Of a stretch of DNA of 64,000 nucleotides, positions 58,884-64,000 are shown one piece after another (position 1 is the first letter of the stretch; every line of letters starts with the position of its first letter). Origin of the DNA: an uncultured Nitrospiraceae bacterium (lineage in GTDB: Bacteria > Nitrospirota > Thermodesulfovibrionia > Thermodesulfovibrionales > UBA6898). The notes beneath the pieces are model-generated. The model was not told the DNA's origin. It saw only the letters and a list, made by a program, of their open reading frames with translations, and did no database searches. The translations under genes and the position numbers were made by a program. The stretch covers positions 960,001 to 1,024,000 of the forward strand of contig CAWEQH010000010.1 of NCBI GenBank assembly GCA_963811165.1. Reading direction: 5' to 3'.

Positions 58884-60783
58884 ATGAACGCTAAGTTAGA
58901 GATGATAAACGAACACATTTCCCTGCATCCGAGCTGGAAGTGGTCTATTCTTTCCACTGTTTTGTTGGGTGCCACTATGTCGGCCCTTGACGTAAGCATC
59001 GTAAACGTAGCCATGCCGACCCTCAAGAACACGTTCGGCGTCTCTATGGCGGTCATCGAGTGGATAGCAATGGCGTATATGCTTGCGCTGACCATTTTCC
59101 TGCCGTTATTTGGGAGACTGGCAGATATTTACGGAAGATCCAAGCTTTACACTATAGGGTTTGTAGTTTTCTCCGTGGGTTCGCTGTTTTGCGGAATGTC
59201 GTCCACCGCGGGATTAATGATCGCATCCCGTATTATTCAGGGTATCGGGGCCGGGCTTCTGCAGGCCAACTCCGTTGCTCTCATTACGCAAGCATTTCCG
59301 GCCAAAGAGAGGGGCAAGGCCATCGGCATCCAGGGGGCTGTGCAGGCGATTTCGATGTCGGTCGGTCCTTTTGTGGGCGGTATCCTGATAGCCACGGTAG
59401 GCTGGAAGGCCATCTTCTACGTCAATATCCCGATAGGAATACTGGGGACACTGGCCGCTCTTTTCATCCTGCCGCCAAACCGGAAAGTCGAAAAGAAGGA
59501 GAAAATCGATTATCTTGGGACCGTGCTTTTCGCCTCCGGGCTTGCTTCTATCGTGCTGGCCTTCAACGAGGGAGTAAAGCTCGGCTGGGGCTCCCATACT
59601 ATAATGATGTATTTCGTCTCCGGCATAGTGCTCCTGACCCTTTTTATCGTTACGGAACTGAAGGCCAAGTACCCGCTGATAGACCTCAAGCTATTTAAGG
59701 ACGTCAACTTTTTCCTGGGGAACCTGACCGGCATGCTGTCGTATTATGTCCTGTTTGCGGTCATGTTCCTGATGCCTTTCTATCTCGAAAAAGTGCTTGG
59801 GTACGGTGTTGCCCTTACAGGCACACTACTGACTCCCCTTCTTCTTGCGATGGCGGTAGTCGCTCCCCTCTCCGGGCATGTCTCGGACAAGTACGGGCCG
59901 AGGATTATGACTACTTCCGGAATGCTTATTTCGGCGCTGGCATGTTTAGCTCTCATGTTCATGGGAGCGGCGGCGCAACTGCCCCTGCTGGTGGCTGTGC
60001 TGGTCTTTTTGGGGATTGGGATGGGATTGTTCACCCCGTCAAACAGCAGCGCAATCATGGGCTCAGCCCCGCAAGACAAACTGGGGGTGGCAGGAAGCGT
60101 ATTGAACATGACACGCTCTCTTGGGCTTATATTCGGGGTAAACATATCCGGAGTTATATTCACCACCCTTGAACACGGATACCTGGCCGAAAAAGGTTAT
60201 CCCAATGCTCAGCATGTATTCAGCAACAGCACTATTCCCATGCCGGTCAAAGCCGATGCCTTTATGCACGGGTTCCTTGTCGTCATAGGGGTCCTTTTGG
60301 CAATCAATGTTCTGACGGCATTTCTTTCAGCCGCCGGGAGGGTCAAAACAACCGCGATCATAGATCATGAATCGACGGGTACGGTTGTTATTTCTTCAGG
60401 TTTTTTCAATGGCTTTGGTCAGGAAGCAAGGGGAATAGCGCTTTTCATAATGCTTCTGCTTTTTACCGGCGTCGTCGGCGCTTTTGCCTCTTCCAGAATC
60501 AGGAACGAAAATTCTTTCGGCTATCAGGCGGCCCAAAGGTGTGTATCCGGGCAGAGACCAAAGCGTTTCAGACGCACAGAAGCTTGCCATGGCGTATTAT
60601 GTCAAAAAATACAATGATGCGGATGTCCGCATCGAAGTAGTACCGCACGGTGACCACATGGAAGCCGATGTGGTAAAAAACGGCATGCTGGTAAGAAGAC
60701 TCTCTATCGAGGGCAATACGATCAAAGAACACGGAACGGGTTTGAGGGCATGGGGCCTTGAACTCTTGACCAATGTAAATTGA
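58884..60783 (+). CDS. DHA2 (14-TM) MFS transporter with extra C-terminal TM and small domain, +1 frameshift near 60536
   Basis: LDVSIVNVA, GRLADIYGR, WKAIFYVNIPIG; removing one A joins ...YQAAQ to GVYPG...LTNVN*. Confidence 0.85.
59307..59593 (+). repeat. 287-bp segment near-identical to 61263-61549
   Basis: 8 mismatches in 287 bp by manual comparison; last 111 bp identical. Confidence 0.9.
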
Positions 60784-60839
60784 GAAACCGGAATTTTTCA
60801 GATTCCTGAAATCAAATTTTTTAAAGGAGTTATTTTAGA

Positions 60840-62354
60840 ATGAGCAAATTACAATTTCCGCATCCAAACATTTCTTCACGCCCCAGCTGGAAGTGGTTTA
60901 TTCTTTCCACTGTTCTGCTTGGCGCCACCATGTCGGCCCTTGACGTAAGCATTGTTAACGTTGCCATGCCGACTCTCAAGAACTACCTTTGGGGTCTCCA
61001 TGGCGGTCATCGAGTGGATAGCCATGGCCTATATGCTTACCCTCACCATTTTTCTGCCGTTCTTCGGAAGGCTGGCCGATATGTTCGGAAGGTCAAAGCT
61101 CTACAATATCGGTTTTGTGGTCTTCTCCGTGGGTTCGCTGTTTTGCGGCATGTCTATCTACCGCCGGCATGATGATCGCCGCCCGGGTCATCCAGGCAAT
61201 CGGGGCCGGGTCTTTTGCAGGCCAACTCGGTCGCTCTCATCACGCATGCGTTTCCGGCGAACGAGAGGGGCAAGGCCATCGGCATCCAGGGGGCGGTGCA
61301 GGCGATTTCGATGTCGGTCGGTCCCTTTGTGGGAGGTATCCTGATAGCCACGGTAGGCTGGAGGGCGATCTTCTACGTGAATATCCCGATAGGGATACTG
61401 GGGACACTGGCCGCTCTTTTCATCCTGCCGCCAAACCAGAAAGTCGAAAAGAAGGAGAAAATCGATTATCTTGGGACCGTGCTTTTCGCCTCCGGGCTTG
61501 CTTCTATCGTGCTGGCCTTCAACGAGGGAGTAAAGCTCGGCTGGGGCTCGAATACGATTATCATGTATTTTCTGTCCGGCATCGTTTTGATGGCGCTTTT
61601 TATTCTCACGGAACTTCGGGTCGAACATCCGCTGATAGACCTCAAGCTCTTCAAGAATGCCACCTTCCTCATAGGGAATCTGACCGGCATGCTGTCTTAT
61701 TACGTCTTGTTCGCCATCATGTTCATGATGCCCTTTTATCTCCAAAAGGTGTTGGGCTACAGTATTGCGCTCACCGGTTCCTTGCTGACCCCTGTCCCGC
61801 TTGCAATGGCCCTGGTCGCTCCATTTTCCGGTCATATCTCGGATAAGTACGGACCAAGGATCATGACCACCTCGGGGATGCTTATCTCCGCCCTGGCCTG
61901 CTTCTCCCTCATGTTCATGGGGGCCTCGGCGCAGCTCCCCGTACTCGTGGCCGTGTTGGTCCTCCTGGGGATTGGTATGGGATTATTCACCCCCCCAAAC
62001 AACAGCGCTATCATGGGCTCAGCCCCGAAGGAAAAACTAGGCGTGGCTGGCGGCGTCCTGAATATGATGAGGTCTCTTGGACTTATCTTGGGCGTGGACA
62101 TCTCCGGTGTCATATTCACCACCCTGGAGCACCGCTACCTGGCTGAGAAAGGATATCCCAACGTCCAGCACATATTCAACAACACCAGCATCCCCGTGTT
62201 GGTCAAGGACAATGCTTTCATGCACGGCTTCCTTGTCGTAATAGGGGTTCTCCTGGCCCTCAATCTCCTCGCCGCCTTCTTTTCAGCCGCGAACAAGTCG
62301 GAAATTGACGCTGAAGCTGCCGAGGCAGCCAGGGAATTTGTGGATGCAGCATAG
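60840..62354 (+). CDS. Second DHA2 MFS paralogue with three +1 frameshifts (near 60981, 61155, 61209)
   Basis: Colinear with first MFS across ORFs 60840, 60952, 61115, 61215; AAGGAG RBS. Confidence 0.85.
61263..61549 (+). repeat. Second copy of the 287-bp MFS segment
   Basis: Matches 59307-59593. Confidence 0.9.
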
Positions 62355-62387
62355 GTAATCTGAAACAACAGCAGAGATAGGCTTCTT

Positions 62388-62420
62388 AAGAGGGCTGCTA
62401 TGGCAGCCCTCTTTGCTTTC
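62388..62420 (+). terminator. Intrinsic terminator after MFS pair
   Basis: AAGAGGGCTGC-TATG-GCAGCCCTCTT then TGCTTT. Confidence 0.75.
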
Positions 62421-62541
62421 AACTATAATAGGGAGAATAAGAGAGAAGGGAGTAATTTTGTCTGAGTAATTATAGGATGCCCCTGTTTAATCAACAAGGA
62501 AGGCCGGATAAGAGCCGCCGGTCAGGGACTGGGAAAGATAC

Positions 62542-64000
62542 TTGAAAGACCGGAAAATCATTCCCCCAACAGGTGGCAACGCCGGGGAGGCGTCTTCAAA
62601 GACGGTGAGGGTGGGTGCAAGAGGCGCCCTAAAGTCGGGAGGTTCAACGCTTACGGCAAAATTCATGCTGGGGTTGGGCGTTATTTTGCTTTGCGTCATA
62701 TCAGTTTTTTCCTATCTCACCTATGAGTATCTGAAGAAAATTTATATCAGGGAAGCCTACGAGAAAACGGATATCGTGCTGGGGCATATCGACGCCACAA
62801 TGGAATATGTCCGCGATGAGCTTCGCCCCCGGATATTCCATGCACTGCCCGAAGATGTATTCATCAAGCAGGTCATGTCCAGCTCGTTTATTAACAAGGG
62901 GATCATGAAGATATTCATACAGAAGTTCCCCCGCTACCTGTACCGGAGGGTCGCCATCGATCCCATGAACCCCGCCAACAAGGCCGATGCCTTTGAAGAA
63001 GGCTTTATCAGACAGTTTCAAAACGACCGAACGCCGAAGAAGGAATGGAGGGGCCTCGTCACCAGAAACGGGGAGGACTACTTTCTGCATCTCAAGGCGA
63101 TTATCGTGGAGGAGCAATGCCTCCTTTGCCACGGAGACCCCGATTCTTCACCCGAGTCCATCACCCTTCATTACGGAAGGGTGCACGGACGCCACCGGAA
63201 AGTAGGCGAGGTAATCGGCGTCGAGTCGATCGCGGCTCCCGGTGAGCGACACCTTCCGGCAGTTGCGTCATGTGGCACTCTCTTTTTTCCTTTTCGGGAT
63301 TGCCGGCATGGCGGCCCTTTTTGCCGGCCTCAATTATTTTCATTACCGGCTTGCGGTGGTCCCCCTGAAGCGGGTCAGCTCCTTTTTCAGGGAAGTCGTT
63401 GACGGACACCGCGGACTCGACATCCATTTCGACGCGCGCGTCTATGATGAAGTGTACGAGCTGGCCGAATCCTTTAACCGGATGATGGGATACCTGAAAG
63501 AATCCGAAGAGGAAAGAAAAGAGATGGAGGAGCGGATGCTGCAGGCCGACAAGCTCGCCTCTATAGGCAGACTTGCCGCAGGCGTGGCCCATGAGATCAA
63601 CAATCCGCTCAGCCTGATCCTGGGCTACACGAATATGCTGCGCAAGACATGCCCTGACACGGGACAGACGAAGGAAGACCTCGATGTGGTATACAACAAC
63701 GCCCGGCTTTGCAAGAAGATCGTTGAAGATCTTCTCAATTTTTCACGCCAGACAAAAGCCAACCGTGTCCCTACCGACATTAATGCCGCGGTCGAGTCGG
63801 CGGTGGTTTCGATGGCGGAAACATATCGCGGCGGGAAGGTCAATATCATCCGCGACTATGATCCTGAGTTGCCTCTTCTGACGGCGGATGAGGACAAGCT
63901 GAAACGGGTTTTCACGAACCTGATGCTGAACGCCTTTCAAGCCATGCAGCCGGGAGGAAGCCTCACGGTCATGACCGCTTACGACAGAGAGAGAAACGGC
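62542..64000 (+). CDS. Sensor histidine kinase with periplasmic c-heme (DUF3365-like) and HAMP domains; +1 frameshift near 63237; runs off window
   Basis: TM; PMNPANKADAFE, CLLCHG, G.KVGEVIG; after shift TM2, HAMP (DEVYELAESFNRM), H-box AHEINNPL, N-box NAFQAM; start uncertain. Confidence 0.88.

Noticed and set aside
52025..63245. Programmed frameshifting or phase variation
   Set aside because: No shared slippery motif or long homopolymer; scattered across unrelated genes
1..64000. CRISPR array, prophage, IS, defence system, rRNA/tRNA, Sec/Pyl recoding
   Set aside because: No spaced repeats, recombinase or nuclease motifs, RNA gene signatures, or in-frame stop at a catalytic position seen by eye

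Overview
64 kb of gene-dense bacterial chromosome. Gene content (Cbc4-like quinol:cytochrome module, multiheme cytochromes, many PAS/GAF kinases, DUF3365-type heme sensor, sigma54/sigma28 promoter motifs) suggests an anaerobic diderm such as Nitrospirota (Thermodesulfovibrionia-like) or Desulfobacterota; this is inference only. I found no rRNA, tRNA, CRISPR array, integrase or transposase. Left to right: housekeeping genes (clusterless mutY, tkt, PBP1A); a minus-strand signalling unit (MshEN-PilB/GspE ATPase, diguanylate cyclase, hybrid kinase) behind a sigma28-like promoter; hemL with an 11-heme cytochrome and a tetraheme/FeS/NrfD module; sugar-acid enzymes; orphan torD-atpZ-atpI and groES; a dense protease region (rhomboid, SppA, M1-ChaN-PDZ fusion, M16 pair, two HtrA) with cytochrome c peroxidase; and a stress/transport block (USP, type IIIA H+ P-type ATPase, duplicated MFS, heme sensor kinase). 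The best candidate for an undescribed system is 50.7-53.7 kb: an Lpp/OprI-like lipoprotein ending in RK, clustered with a putative attaching L,D-transpeptidase (ErfK/YbiS type), a putative detaching enzyme (YafK/DpaA type) and an exported HEAT-repeat protein. About ten single-base indels, all beyond 52 kb, probably reflect consensus errors rather than real pseudogenes. All calls come from reading motifs by eye; no database searches were run.
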